Positions 1-12,921 are shown, counted from the whole stretch's first letter. The stretch: DNA of 62,921 bases, filler included, from Octopus bimaculoides (GCF_001194135.2; 5 parts of 5 records of this genome joined end to end with filler, not necessarily neighbours in it); one strand, 5' to 3'. Notes: generated from the letters alone by a model not told the origin. Numbers and translations are program-made.

Positions 1-190
1 AGCAAAAAAACCTATTTGTATATGCTCCACAAGGGAAAACAAGGAACATTGTTTACAACGAGGTGTTATAATCACAACAGCAAGAAAGTATGTACATGAT
101 CACCTTCTTTTACGAAACTTCATTGACTTTCATATATTTATATTGATATACATATATATACGTGTGTTTGGGTGCGTGTGTGTATATATA

Positions 191-281
191 TCTCTATATA
201 TAAAGATGATGCGTAGTCTAGACGGCGTTTTTAGATTTCATTATTCTCTTTAACCCGGGCAACGCCGGGTATTTCTGCTAG
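191..281 (+). mobile_element. Very short non-autonomous Helitron-like element
   Basis: A|TCTCTATATATAAAG 5' end; subterminal hairpin CCCGG-GCAACG-CCGGG (254-269); terminal CTAG (278-281) followed by T, i.e. inserted at an AT dinucleotide as Helitrons are. Confidence 0.55.
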
Positions 282-822
282 TTATATATAAAACCCAGCT
301 TACATAAATTATTATCGTTTTAAATACAATTTGAACGAAATTTAAGGTTAAAATAATAATAAAGATAGAATTAGTATATATTTAACCGGTGTAATAGTTA
401 AAGCTATACTAGTTAAATACATACACATATACATACATACATACATACATTCATACATACATACATACATATGAATCTTTATATGCTGCTGGTAAACATC
501 ATATCATCTTTTATTGATCCACACTTTGCTGTACTCTTGTCCTTCTGAAGCATTGGAAAATCTTTGCAATCGGATGATCTATCGGGATCTTAGCTAAAAA
601 TACTTTACTCTTGATGCAAGGAAACAAATTTGTTAGAGACTTATATAATTGATTGGATAGGTCTTAGTACAGGCATTTTTTAATATAGAATGCCGGAAAG
701 GTAGAGACGTCTTTTTGGGGGATTTATACGACACTAAATTGGTGAGAGTAAATGTAGGAAAGCATTTATCCAGCAGAACATTTTCCCGTTTCTTCTTTAC
801 CAACTCTCTCTCCCCCTCTCTC

Positions 823-826
<4 letters not shown>

Positions 827-866
<40 letters not shown>

Positions 867-939
867 TATATATCCACATTCTTTCTCACTACATATATGT
901 TTATATCAATGACTATGTATTTGTATTGAATTCTAGCAG

Positions 940-978
<39 letters not shown>

Positions 979-1390
979 CAGACTAATGGGTAGATAGCTA
1001 GATATATAAATAAATGGATAGATAGGCAGATATATAAATCTGCATACACATTTCATGAATCTTTTTTTGATCAATATGTATGACACCAAAAGTAATGACA
1101 CTACTTGTGTTGATTAATTGTTGTTAAAACGAAGTTTGTGAATGTATGCATGTATTTGGATATGTATGCATATATAGATATGTGTGTGTGTATGTCTGTG
1201 TGCGTGTGTGTATGTGCGCGCGTGAGTACTGGGGCAAATATGACGACGCCCACCACGATAAAAACGATGAAGTTAACAATGATATTTCGAATAATACAGC
1301 TAATAAAAAGAGAACAGAATATTGTGAAACACTTAGAGTAAAAAACTAACTAGAATAATTGAAATGGAAAAAAACCCTGTAAGTGAAAAG

Positions 1391-1486
<96 letters not shown>

Positions 1487-1590
1487 GAAACACACAAACA
1501 TGTGTGTATATATATGTATGTGTACGTGATTATATACATTCTAGAGAAGTGTAGCGAAAGACTCAGATGCTTTAGTCATTACACGTACAC

Positions 1591-1622
<32 letters not shown>

Positions 1623-1786
1623 GCACACACACGCACACACATATACACACACACACACACATGAATATGTGTGGGTCTAACATGAACATATTTGTAATAA
1701 TGATGTTTACAATAAATTATAAGAAAATTAATAATTCGTAGAAATATAAGAAGAAAAATCAACAGCATATTTATGTATTTTTATCT

Positions 1787-1849
<63 letters not shown>
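827..1849. repeat. Microsatellite-rich block: (TA)n, (CA)n, (TC)n
   Basis: (TA)n ~827-885, (CA)n ~945-976 and ~1393-1462, (TC)n ~1790-1849, read directly. Confidence 0.95.
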
Positions 1850-1851
<2 letters not shown>

Positions 1852-2103
1852 ACTCTCTCTCTTTCTATTTTCTCAATCCTTCTAAGAATTGTTAATTTTC
1901 ATTTTATGTAACCGAAACGCAACTGCAACTATGGAACAGTATTACTTTCACAGAAATACGCTCATATAATTTTTTCGTTCCATTCGCACCCTTCTACCAA
2001 CTCTACTGATGATAAAGTCGGGTATCAACATCTAAACTGGTTCACGCACAAGAAATTCTTAGTGAGAAAGTTGCTAGACACCATACAGTAGAAATGCAAG
2101 ATA

Positions 2104-2430
2104 TGTCATAGGGCGGAGGAGTCCAACATAGAGTCAACGACTATCCAGCAACAAAATCCGGTACACAGAAGTAATCGAGACGGTGAGTGAGCGCGCTCTA
2201 AGAGTACTTGGAAGTGATGGATTCCTCGTTCTCGTCAGAATAGCCATATAAAACCAGCAGTTGATGCTCTCACCTGTCGTCTCGTTCTGCATTTTCATTA
2301 GATTATAGTAGACAATATCAAGAGAATGGTATTCATATTGTGTAAGAGTCTGTTATTGCAATGCATACGGAGTACAGTTACTTTCAGTCACTGTAATACA
2401 TTATGTCTCTCATAACTTATATGTACACAG
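2104..2430 (+). promoter_or_regulatory. Pol II promoter-like segment, possibly a solo LTR
   Basis: Begins TGTCATAG; GC box GGGCGGAG at 2111-2118; TATAAAA at 2247-2253; locally higher GC/CpG; ends near ...TGTACACA. No TSD found. Confidence 0.3.
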
Positions 2431-3202
2431 GTCCAGCACACAAGGTTGACAGTGACTTCGAAGTTTCTGTCCAAAATTAAATCACCTTGTATTATTTACC
2501 TATATATTGTTTATATATATANNNNNNNNNNNNNNNNNNNNNNNNNNNNNNNNNNNNNNNNNNNNNNNNNNNNNNNNNNNNNNNNNNNNNNNNNNNNNNN
2601 NNNNNNNNNNNNNNNNNNNNNNNNNNNNNNNNNNNNNNNNNNNNNNNNNNNNNNNNNNNNNNNNNNNNNNNNNNNNNNNNNNNNNNNNNNNNNNNNNNNN
2701 NNNNNNNNNNNNNNNNNNNNNNNNNNNNNNNNNNNNNNNNNNNNNNNNNNNNNNNNNNNNNNNNNNNNNNNNNNNNNNNNNNNNNNNNNNNNNNNNNNNN
2801 NNNNNNNNNNNNNNNNNNNNNNNNNNNNNNNNNNNNNNNNNNNNNNNNNNNNNNNNNNNNNNNNNNNNNNNNNNNNNNNNNNNNNNNNNNNNNNNNNNNN
2901 NNNNNNNNNNNNNNNNNNNNNNNNNNNNNNNNNNNNNNNNNNNNNNNNNNNNNNNNNNNNNNNNNNNNNNNNNNNNNNNNNNNNNNNNNNNNNNNNNNNN
3001 NNNNNNNNNNNNNNNNNNNNNNNNNNNNNNNNNNNNNNNNNNNNNNNNNNNNNNNNNNNNNNNNNNNNNNNNNNNNNNNNNNNNNNNNNNNNNNNNNNNN
3101 NNNNNNNNNNNNNNNNNNNNNNNNNNNNNNNNNNNNNNNNNNNNNNNNNNNNNNNNNNNNNNNNNNNNNNNNNNNNNNNNNNNNNNNNNNNNNNNNNNNN
3201 NN

Positions 3203-3243
<41 letters not shown>

Positions 3244-3883
3244 TTACAGATCAATAGGCCCATAGAAAAATGCATTATCTTTATAAATTCATCAAGATGT
3301 ATAGGCTATGTTACTTGTATGCATTTGCCTACAATAATATAATATAAACACAAATAACCACGCTAGAAAACTTTAATAAATATTTATAGTAACATAAATT
3401 ATAGTGACATAGTCCTTCGATCATAACATTCCCAAAATGCACAATTTAAAATGTCTTCATAGAAGCTATTAAACATAGTGTAGACATCAATACAAATACA
3501 ACCTCATTCTGACATGTTTTAGGTGACTAACTAATTCATCTACATACATTTTTTTGTGAGCCCTAAAACAACAAAATCCTGTTTTATATACAAAGAATTT
3601 CGTAACCTGAATTTTAACACACCTGTTTACACAGTTACTTCAGCGTCTAACTGAACCTTAGATAATAACAAAATTCTCACATCAAACCAAATAACTTTCT
3701 AACAACTCATGCCCTAGAAACATGTTTCCTTCCTACCCACCTCTATCACCCTTCCTACACTTACCCTACCTACTGCACATCTAATTATCATTTCACATAG
3801 CTCCGTCTATCCATAACAACCCTCGCAACTAATCAAAAACTATATAAAGACAAAAATAACCTATGTATATAACCTATGTATAT

Positions 3884-3925
3884 TATAGTCTGATGAAGGC
3901 AAATAAGTCGAAACTTGGGACTGTA
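3884..3925 (+). ncRNA. Decayed minimal type-I hammerhead ribozyme motif
   Basis: TATAGT-CTGATGA-A-GGC-AAATAA-GTC-GAAAC-TTGGG-ACTGTA: intact core, 3-bp helix II, 6-bp helix I (one G-U); the NUH cleavage triplet is lost (GGG). Confidence 0.45.
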
Positions 3926-4087
3926 TAACGTGAGTGTACATGCTAAAATTGAGTCGTAGACCTTATTTATCCATTCTATATATGTGAACTGAACTGTGGG
4001 GAGGTGTACTTGGTTATCTTTGATATTTTTGACAATTTTGATTATTCAGAATAATCAACATATTGTTAATTATTTTAACAAAGTTAA

Positions 4088-5972
4088 CATATACATATAC
4101 CCAGGCCTATTCCCCATTTTTTAAGGAGGCGGTAGCCATAACAAGACACATACCAGTCATTCCATTCATTTAACAGCTCAAAGAAGCGAGCCCCGTTCTA
4201 TGCTCGGGTCAAGGCATAGAACACAACCTCCAATATCAGCAGCGAGGCCCGACAGCATATGCTGCTTTACCTCGCCGCATCATGCTGGTTCCGTACCCCT
4301 TTGAGCAACATCAAATTCACTCATCCGTTCACAAACACTCTTCAAGCTTTCCTATCATTTATAAACTCTCTTGCCTCCCTCACTCCAACACCTCCAACTA
4401 CCAAAGCTTTCCTAATTCCATCCATCCACACAAACCGAGGACTGCCCCTGGTTCTGCTGCCTACCACTTCTGCCTTCATCACCCTCCTTACCATCCTCTC
4501 CATGTGACCAAACCACCTAAACATTCGTATATCCATTTTAGCTGTGTTTCTCTCTCATTCCTGCTCTCCTTCGCACCTCCTCATTCTTAATCCTGTCCAC
4601 CCGTGATACGCCAATAATAACTCTCAGACATCTCATCTCAAACACATCTAGTCACCTCCTTTCCGCCTCTTTCAACCCCCCACCACATCTCTGCACCATA
4701 TAACATTGTCGGCACAATCACGCCCTCATACACACTTCTTTTTGCTTTCATACTCAACCTTTTATCTCTCAGCATACCTTTCACAACTCCAAGTATCTTA
4801 CTCCCCTCCTTCACTCTGTATCCCACTTCCTCAGCCAACCCGTCATCTGCCGTCACATGTGATCCCAAATACTTAAAAACACTCACCTCCTCTAACTCTC
4901 ACGATTTATACTCGCATCCATCCTTCTAGCCATTCCATCTCTCGAGCATGTCATCACCTCACTCATAGCTACAGTCACTTTCAGTTTCCTCCTCTCATAC
5001 ACGCTTCCAAACTCTACCACCAGTCTGCTCAGTTGCTCTTCCAAATCCGTCACCAGTGCTGTATCATAAGAAATCAACAACTGACTCACTTGCCGTTTCT
5101 CCATTTTCTTCCATCATTTGGGTTTCCCTACCAAAAGCTCTAGCATTTCCTTCTCTCACCACACTATCAATATATAAATTAAACAGCCACGGAGACATCA
5201 CACAACCCTGTCTTAACCTCACTTTCACATCAAACCACTCATTTACTTCACCACCCACCCTTACGCACGCTGTACTTTCTCTATTAAAACTCTGAACAGC
5301 TCTCAACAGTCTACCATCTCCATACAACTGCAATACTTTCCACATTTCATTCTTATCCACACGGTGATATGCCTTCTCTAGGCCCATAGAGACCCGATAC
5401 ACCTCCCTCCCTTTTGCCAAAAACTTCTCACGCATCTGCCTTGCTACAAATATTTGATCCGCATACACCCTTCCAATCCTAAAACCATACTGCTCCTCTC
5501 CTAGTACACTCTCTGTCTGATTCCTCACCATTACAATCGAAATTCTCTCATACAGTTTACCAACCACACACAACAGACTTATACTCCTAAATTTTACACA
5601 CACACATTCATCCCCTTTCCCCTTGTACAGTGGCACTATTCAAGCACTGCACCAGTCCTTTGGTACTTGCCTCCCTAACATCCTCCACATTTAACAGCTC
5701 ACTAAAATACTCTGCCCATCTTTGTACATCCTCACTTCCTTTCAACAAATTTCCATTTACACCCTTTCTTCCCTTCCTCCAACCACCTTTCCTACTCTCT
5801 GCACCCCTTTCCAAAACATTTTTTATTTCTTACAAAATTTTTACTAAACTTTTTCTCGAACCTTTCACTCGCCTCTCATTTCGCCACCCTCACCACGTAA
5901 GCCTCTCTATCCCTTTTCTGCAACCACTCTTCAAAGCCCCTTTTCTTTTCTGCCATCGATTCCATTACTTAT
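4088..5972 (-). mobile_element. RTE-clade LINE, 5' end lost in the gap, frameshifted RT and 3' UTR
   Basis: Minus ORFs carry RT motifs: PLYKGKGD..C..FRSISLLCVVGKLYERI, EEQYGFR, LEKAYHRVD, VRLRQGCVMSPWLFNLYID, FKYLGS, IVPTMLYGAEMW. These are typical of RTE/BovB-like RTs. Confidence 0.9.
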
Positions 5973-6327
5973 NNNNNNNNNNNNNNNNNNNNNNNNNNNN
6001 NNNNNNNNNNNNNNNNNNNNNNNNNNNNNNNNNNNNNNNNNNNNNNNNNNNNNNNNNNNNNNNNNNNNNNNNNNNNNNNNNNNNNNNNNNNNNNNNNNNN
6101 NNNNNNNNNNNNNNNNNNNNNNNNNNNNNNNNNNNNNNNNNNNNNNNNNNNNNNNNNNNNNNNNNNNNNNNNNNNNNNNNNNNNNNNNNNNNNNNNNNNN
6201 NNNNNNNNNNNNNNNNNNNNNNNNNNNNNNNNNNNNNNNNNNNNNNNNNNNNNNNNNNNNNNNNNNNNNNNNNNNNNNNNNNNNNNNNNNNNNNNNNNNN
6301 NNNNNNNNNNTGTGTGTGTGTGTGTGT

Positions 6328-6670
6328 ATATATAAGAAGAATGACCACTAAGTAGACATCCAATATGGTCTGTCCACTATGAAAAGATTGTTCTCAAGAA
6401 AATTCAGCAAACGCCAGAACGTAAGCGAGCAAGACAAATGAAAAGATACAAAATATAATGATTAATCACAATCTTTTCTTAGTGGTGAGACCATATGGGG
6501 TCTGGTATGTGACTACTCATTATACTTTGCATCTTTTCATTTGTCTTGCTCGCTTACGTTCTGGCGTTTGCTGAATTTTCTTGAGAACAATCTTTTCATA
6601 GTGGTCAGACCATATGGAGTCGGCATCTAGCATATTGGATGTCCACTTAGAGGTCAATCCTCTTATATGT
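6328..6670. repeat. Long inverted repeat (fold-back), arms ~6328-6461 and ~6517-6670
   Basis: 6364-6461 is the reverse complement of 6517-6614 with about 3 mismatches; the left arm lacks 20 bp bounded by ATATG microhomology; 55-bp spacer. Confidence 0.9.
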
Positions 6671-7533
6671 ATGTAATATAATTTTTCTGAATCTTCAGAT
6701 TTTTTCAATATGCTAGGCCACTGGTTTAAATTGATATTATTCAAATTGATATTCAATTTTTTACCCTTATTATTTAAATTTATATATATGTATATGTATA
6801 TACACATACACATATGCATACATACAAATTTATATACACATATAAATATATATATCTATTCATATATACGTATGTATAACATATATGCATGCATATGTAT
6901 ACANNNNNNNNNNNNNNNNNNNNNNNNNNNNNNNNNNNNNNNNNNNNNNNNNNNNNNNNNNNNNNNNNNNNNNNNNNNNNNNNNNNNNNNNNNNNNNNNN
7001 NNNNNNNNNNNNNNNNNNNNNNNNNNNNNNNNNNNNNNNNNNNNNNNNNNNNNNNNNNNNNNNNNNNNNNNNNNNNNNNNNNNNNNNNNNNNNNNNNNNN
7101 NNNNNNNNNNNNNNNNNNNNNNNNNNNNNNNNNNNNNNNNNNNNNNNNNNNNNNNNNNNNNNNNNNNNNNNNNNNNNNNNNNNNNNNNNNNNNNNNNNNN
7201 NNNNNNNNNNNNNNNNNNNNNNNNNNNNNNNNNNNNNNNNNNNNNNNNNNNNNNNNNNNNNNNNNNNNNNNNNNNNNNNNNNNNNNNNNNNNNNNNNNNN
7301 NNNNNNNNNNNNNNNNNNNNNNNNNNNNNNNNNNNNNNNNNNNNNNNNNNNNNNNNNNNNNNNNNNNNNATATATATATATATATATACATACACAGATA
7401 TATGTAAACATATATGTGTATATGTATATACACATACACATATGCATACATACAAATTTATATACACATATAAATATATATATCTATTCATATATACGTA
7501 TGTATAACATATATGCATGCATATGTATACATG

Positions 7534-7743
7534 TACGAGGAAGTGCTGAAAGGTTCCTGGCTTTGTGTAAAAGAAAATACAGGAGAATCATTATCATTTT
7601 ATTCAACATATTCTCTCTCAGATTCACACACTTATTGCAGCAGTCTGTCAGCTTTTCTAAGCCCTGTAAAGCACGTAGAAGGTTAGGCCTCCAACCAGAC
7701 CTTTCGTGACACTCTTAAAGCCAGGATCTTTTCAGCACTCCCT

Positions 7744-7747
<4 letters not shown>
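7534..7747 (+). mobile_element. Mariner-derived MITE (~210 bp)
   Basis: TIRs TACGAGGAAGTGCTGAAAGGTTCCTGGCTTT ... AAAGCCAGGATCTTTTCAGCACTCCCTTCTA with TA ends; homologous to 15830-16038 in the opposite orientation. Confidence 0.8.
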
Positions 7748-7810
<63 letters not shown>

Positions 7811-7812
7811 GT
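7745..7812. repeat. (TCTA)n microsatellite
   Basis: Direct reading. Confidence 0.95.
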
Positions 7813-7819
7813 CTGTCTA

Positions 7820-7930
7820 TCGACATAACGGTCTTCCACACGATTTCCGTTTATCTAATTCACTCATAAGGTATTGATCGGCCCTGGGCTGGAGTAGTAG
7901 ACATTTGGTCAAGCTGTCGCGGAGTGACAT
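7820..7930 (-). mobile_element. SINE family A fragment (degenerate)
   Basis: Matches the reverse of the family A body (ttccgt.ta.c.aat.cactca.aagg..ttg.tcggcc) seen at 36434-36590. Confidence 0.5.
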
Positions 7931-9049
7931 ATTTGCACCTACCTACAAATATGTAAATTAGCCTGACCACTACGGTGATAGCTTAATTGTCATCTGCTAT
8001 ATATAGATATATATATATAGCAACTGGAGACTCTAAGCTATCGGTTGAGTATTTCTTCATTGAGAAGTGAGCAATAATCGTAAACTAAACTGTCAGGAGA
8101 CTCCATGCTTCTTTTTTCTGCACATCGAAATTTTAGAAGGAATGTGTTTGCATTTTTATATTGTCCATTATTTTGATTAACGACCTTCTAATATTTTGAT
8201 TTATCATATGTTTTTGTTTCTAATCATCATGTCAACTGTCTGTTGTAGACATTCTAAAAAAATGCATTTGTGATGCAAAAGAAGTAGAATAACAATTTCA
8301 ACTGGGATTTGAAATCATACAGATGATTACTCACCTGTCTTTCTAACTCCTTTGCTTCATCGCCTGGACCGACGTATACCGAGGTGTACAGTAATTAATG
8401 ATCGCAGTTTGTCACAAGTGTTTAGAGTGCTTTAGGAGTTCTGGAAACTCAAGTTTCAAGATGTTATCTGATTAATTGCAGTTTCATGATTTTGGCAACG
8501 AATAAATCATAATAAATGCCGAAGGGAGGAAACAATATTCTTGATATAACTGTTGTGTGTTATGGATTTAGAGAGGACCTCTCTATCTCTCTCTGTATCT
8601 CTCTGTCTCTCTCTGTCTCTCTCTCTCTTTCACACACATGTATGTATATGCATGTTGTATATATATATATATATATATATATNNNNNNNNNNNNNNNNNN
8701 NNNNNNNNNNNNNNNNNNNNNNNNNNNNNNNNNNNNNNNNNNNNNNNNNNNNNNNNNNNNNNNNNNNNNNNNNNNNNNNNNNNNNNNNNNNNNNNNNNNN
8801 NNNNNNNNNNNNNNNNNNNNNNNNNNNNNNNNNNNNNNNNNNNNNNNNNNNNNNNNNNNNNNNNNNNNNNNNNNNNNNNNNNNNNNNNNNNNNNNNNNNN
8901 NNNNNNNNNNNNTATATATACATATGTATATATATGTATATATATATATGACTCTTCTAGTTTTTAATCATTATAAATCTTCCTCTGAGGAGGGAACTAG
9001 TTTCCAAGAAAGATATAAGGCTACATCTTTGGGATATAGTTAACACAGT

Positions 9050-10250
9050 CAAATTCACATTTGGAACTTGAGAAAAGTCTTACATATTTTGACTGTTTTA
9101 CTCACAGATTGGACTTGTAATGAGCGAATCAGCCGGTCGATTTCTCTTTTTGAAAATCCCAGTTTATCCATATTTTACTAACAAAACCTAGTACTCCAAT
9201 TATTATTGGTATGAATATGAATTCATAGTCTGAATATAGAAGCTGGAGGTTTCGAAGCAGTTGTCCATAGATATCCTCTTTTTCTTTGATTTTCGAAGAG
9301 ATATTTCTATCAACAGGGCAGCTAACCTCTATGATGATATATACCTTTGTCCTCCTGTCCCATACAACAAATATGGCCTATTATGCTTACATTTGACAGA
9401 AGGTTTGATGGGAATTTTCCACTAGTATTCCTTGAGTTGGTGTTTATGAATGCATTCCACAACAGGGGGATTTTCTAAGTTTATTTCAGGACAGACTTTT
9501 TTGGCAGTGTAAATTGTTTCAACATCTTGCCGCATAGGGAGGTAACACCGTGACGACATTTTAGGACAGCAGCTAATCGCAAGCGCAGTGTCTTCCACAG
9601 AAACATGACGTAGCCTACATATGCGGTTGTTGGGATTACAACAGTTGGGATTACAAGAGCATCACTGTCTCTCTTGTTCACCAGGTACTTTGTAGCAATC
9701 TCCTGTTCCTGGATTTCAAACGCATAGCTTTCAAAGTGTGATGTGATGTGATGTAGTGGTCTTGTGTCTAAGAGAGGCTGCGCTGCGTGTCAATTCCACT
9801 CTCTTCTTCAAGCTTCCGGGTAACATACCCATGCATGGACTTTTTTTGTATGCTGAGTGCTTTTCATCTAGGTCTTCTCAGTGGTAAGACAGCCCAGCTG
9901 TTTTGGGGCTGTATAGGAGATCATCAGGAAGAGAGAGTGTTTCTTGAGGAGTTAACTGCCAACTTGTACAATGTTGCTCACTTCACTTTTCAGGACTGCA
10001 TTAATATATTTATTTTTTGCTGCTGTTGTTTAGCAGGTACTGCCTGAGTGATATCATACGGCATTCGAAGGCCGTCTGCACTACTCTCAGGCCTCCACCA
10101 CCTTCATTTCTTCTTAGGTAAAGCTTGTCAACATCACTGCTTCTGTATTGTCCAGGATTTTACGGGTTATGATATCTATGGAGTTGATTTCCTCTACAGA
10201 TCAGTCAAATATCCCAAACGTTGGGATCAGCACTGGTACTTAAAATGCAT
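9050..10250 (-). mobile_element. R4/Dong-type non-LTR retrotransposon 3' part (zinc knuckle + RLE endonuclease), decayed
   Basis: Frame-shifted minus translation: DVDKLYLRRNEGGGGL, MHGYV, FESYAFEIQEQEIATKYL, ICRL.HVSVED..LAISCCPKMSSR.YLPMR, VVWDRRTKVYIIIEVSCPVDRNISSKIKEKEDIY, IPIIIGVLG. Confidence 0.85.
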
Positions 10251-11799
10251 TGTAATATATATATATATANNNNNNNNNNNNNNNNNNNNNNNNNNNNNNN
10301 NNNNNNNNNNNNNNNNNNNNNNNNNNNNNNNNNNNNNNNNNNNNNNNNNNNNNNNNNNNNNNNNNNNNNNNNNNNNNNNNNNNNNNNNNNNNNNNNNNNN
10401 NNNNNNNNNNNNNNNNNNNNNNNNNNNNNNNNNNNNNNNNNNNNNNNNNNNNNNNNNNNNNNNNNNNNNNNNNNNNNNNNNNNNNNNNNNNNNNNNNNNN
10501 NNNNNNNNNNNNNNNNNNNNNNNNNNNNNNNNNNNNNNNNNNNNNNNNNNNNNNNNNNNNNNNNNNNNNNNNNNNNNNNNNNNNNNNNNNNNNNNNNNNN
10601 NNNNNNNNNNNNNNNNNNNNNNNNNNNNNNNNNNNNNNNNNNNNNNNNNNNNNNNNNNNNNNNNNNNNNNNNNNNNNNNNNNNNNNNNNNNNNNNNNNNN
10701 NNNNNNNNNNNNNNNNNNNNNNNNNNNNNNNNNNNNNNNNNNNNNNNNNNNNNNNNNNNNNNNNNNNNNNNNNNNNNNNNNNNNNNNNNNNNNNNNNNNN
10801 NNNNNNNNNNNNNNNNNNNNNNNNNNNNNNNNNNNNNNNNNNNNNNNNNNNNNNNNNNNNNNNNNNNNNNNNNNNNNNNNNNNNNNNNNNNNNNNNNNNN
10901 NNNNNNNNNNNNNNNNNNNNNNNNNNNNNNNNNNNNNNNNNNNNNNNNNNNNNNNNNNNNNNNNNNNNNNNNNNNNNNNNNNNNNNNNNNNNNNNNNNNN
11001 NNNNNNNNNNCATGTATTAGTAGGTCCTGTCAAAATTTCTGGTATGAAGAAATAAGTTTTGATATGAATATAAAAACTAATTATCTACTAGACATCTGCA
11101 AGTAATAAAGTTCATTAATTTATATTACATATGATAAATAAATTATGAAATATTGTTATTTCGTTTGTTGTTTGACATATAAAATACTGCAAGTTACATT
11201 AATATTCTGCAGATATACGGAATTGCGATCAGATAAAATGGGCTCAAGTCATTGTTATATGTAGGGATGTACTCACTTTCAGTCACTATCAACTGAGCTG
11301 AATGTATTTAATGTCGACTGACTAATCTGTATTGATCTCGTTCGGTTCGAGGGGCGGATACACATTAATTGGTTGATACAGCAAACCTCGTGCCATAAAT
11401 CTTGAACCTGATTGTATGAATTATCATCATTGTGTTCCATTTTTAGCGAAATTGTGCAGTCTCATACGAGCTCTGTTGCCACAACAATAACATGCTGCTC
11501 TAAGACAGTGAGACATCGTTTGCAAGACAAAACTTCACTCAAGTTGCAAGATATTCAGTTAAGAAAATAATATTATCACAGAAAAAAAGCACCTAAGATT
11601 ATCTGTGATTTGTAGGGATGGCAAAATTGAACTAAAGAGGATTGACATAAAATCAAGTTTATTTATTGAGCATTAATTCAGCAATTTGTATCGAACACTT
11701 CTTTTGCTGATCGTTCATCAAACTCTGGATACAATTTCAGATATAAATCATAAAAGTCAAGCAATGCCCGCGTTATGGTGGAGTAAATCCACCATATTA

Positions 11800-11950
11800 T
11801 GGCGGAGTACAGTTCTGTTGAGGAAGAACAGGTATTTTGATGATAAAACCATAAAATCTAAAAGTTACTCGGATATTCTATAGCAGCTGTCCACTCATAA
11901 AATTGCAATATGTTCCAACAGGATGGTGCACACACCATTCTGCAAAATAC
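11800..11950 (+). mobile_element. Tc1/mariner transposase remnant (second-Asp motif)
   Basis: MFQQDGAHT(H)SA at 11910-11942 resembles the FQQDGAPPH motif; flanks are heavily decayed. Confidence 0.35.
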
Positions 11951-11968
11951 ACGTAAAACTATCTGTAT

Positions 11969-12010
<42 letters not shown>

Positions 12011-12921
12011 TANNNNNNNNNNNNNNNNNNNNNNNNNNNNNNNNNNNNNNNNNNNNNNNNNNNNNNNNNNNNNNNNNNNNNNNNNNNNNNNNNNNNNNNN
12101 NNNNNNNNNNNNNNNNNNNNNNNNNNNNNNNNNNNNNNNNNNNNNNNNNNNNNNNNNNNNNNNNNNNNNNNNNNNNNNNNNNNNNNNNNNNNNNNNNNNN
12201 NNNNNNNNNNNNNNNNNNNNNNNNNNNNNNNNNNNNNNNNNNNNNNNNNNNNNNNNNNNNNNNNNNNNNNNNNNNNNNNNNNNNNNNNNNNNNNNNNNNN
12301 NNNNNNNNNNNNNNNNNNNNNNNNNNNNNNNNNNNNNNNNNNNNNNNNNNNNNNNNNNNNNNNNNNNNNNNNNNNNNNNNNNNNNNNNNNNNNNNNNNNN
12401 NNNNNNNNNNNNNNNNNNNNNNNNNNNNNNNNNNNNNNNNNNNNNNNNNNNNNNNNNNNNNNNNNNNNNNNNNNNNNNNNNNNNNNNNNNNNNNNNNNNN
12501 NNNNNNNNNNNNNNNNNNNNNNNNNNNNNNNNNNNNNNNNNNNNNNNNNNNNNNNNNNNNNNNNNNNNNNNNNNNNNNNNNNNNNNNNNNNNNNNNNNNN
12601 NNNNNNNNNNNNNNNNNNNNNNNNNNNNNNNNNNNNNNNNNNNNNNNNNNNNNNNNNNNNNNNNNNNNNNNNNNNNNNNNNNNNNNNNNNNNNNNNNNNN
12701 NNNNNNNNNNNNNNNNNNNNNNNNNNNNNNNNNNNNNNNNNNNNNNNNNNNNNNNNNNNNNNNNNNNNNNNNNNNNNNNNNNNNNNNNNNNNNNNNNNNN
12801 NNNNNNNNNNNNNNNNNNNNNNNNNNNNNNNNNNNNNNNNNNNNNNNNNNNNNNNNNNNNNNNNNNNNNNNNNNNNNNNNNNNNNNNNNNNNNNNNNNNN
12901 NNNNNNNNNNNNNNNNNNNNN

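Noticed and set aside
6781-7532. ~120-bp near-identical sequence on both sides of the 6904-7369 gap
   Set aside because: Typical unmerged contig overlap; probably an assembly artefact, not a real duplication.
8335-8363. Minus-strand micro-exon candidate (DEAKELERQ|GTGAG)
   Set aside because: Good donor but weak acceptor, no recognisable homology, and its phase is incompatible with the candidate exon at 6.6 kb.
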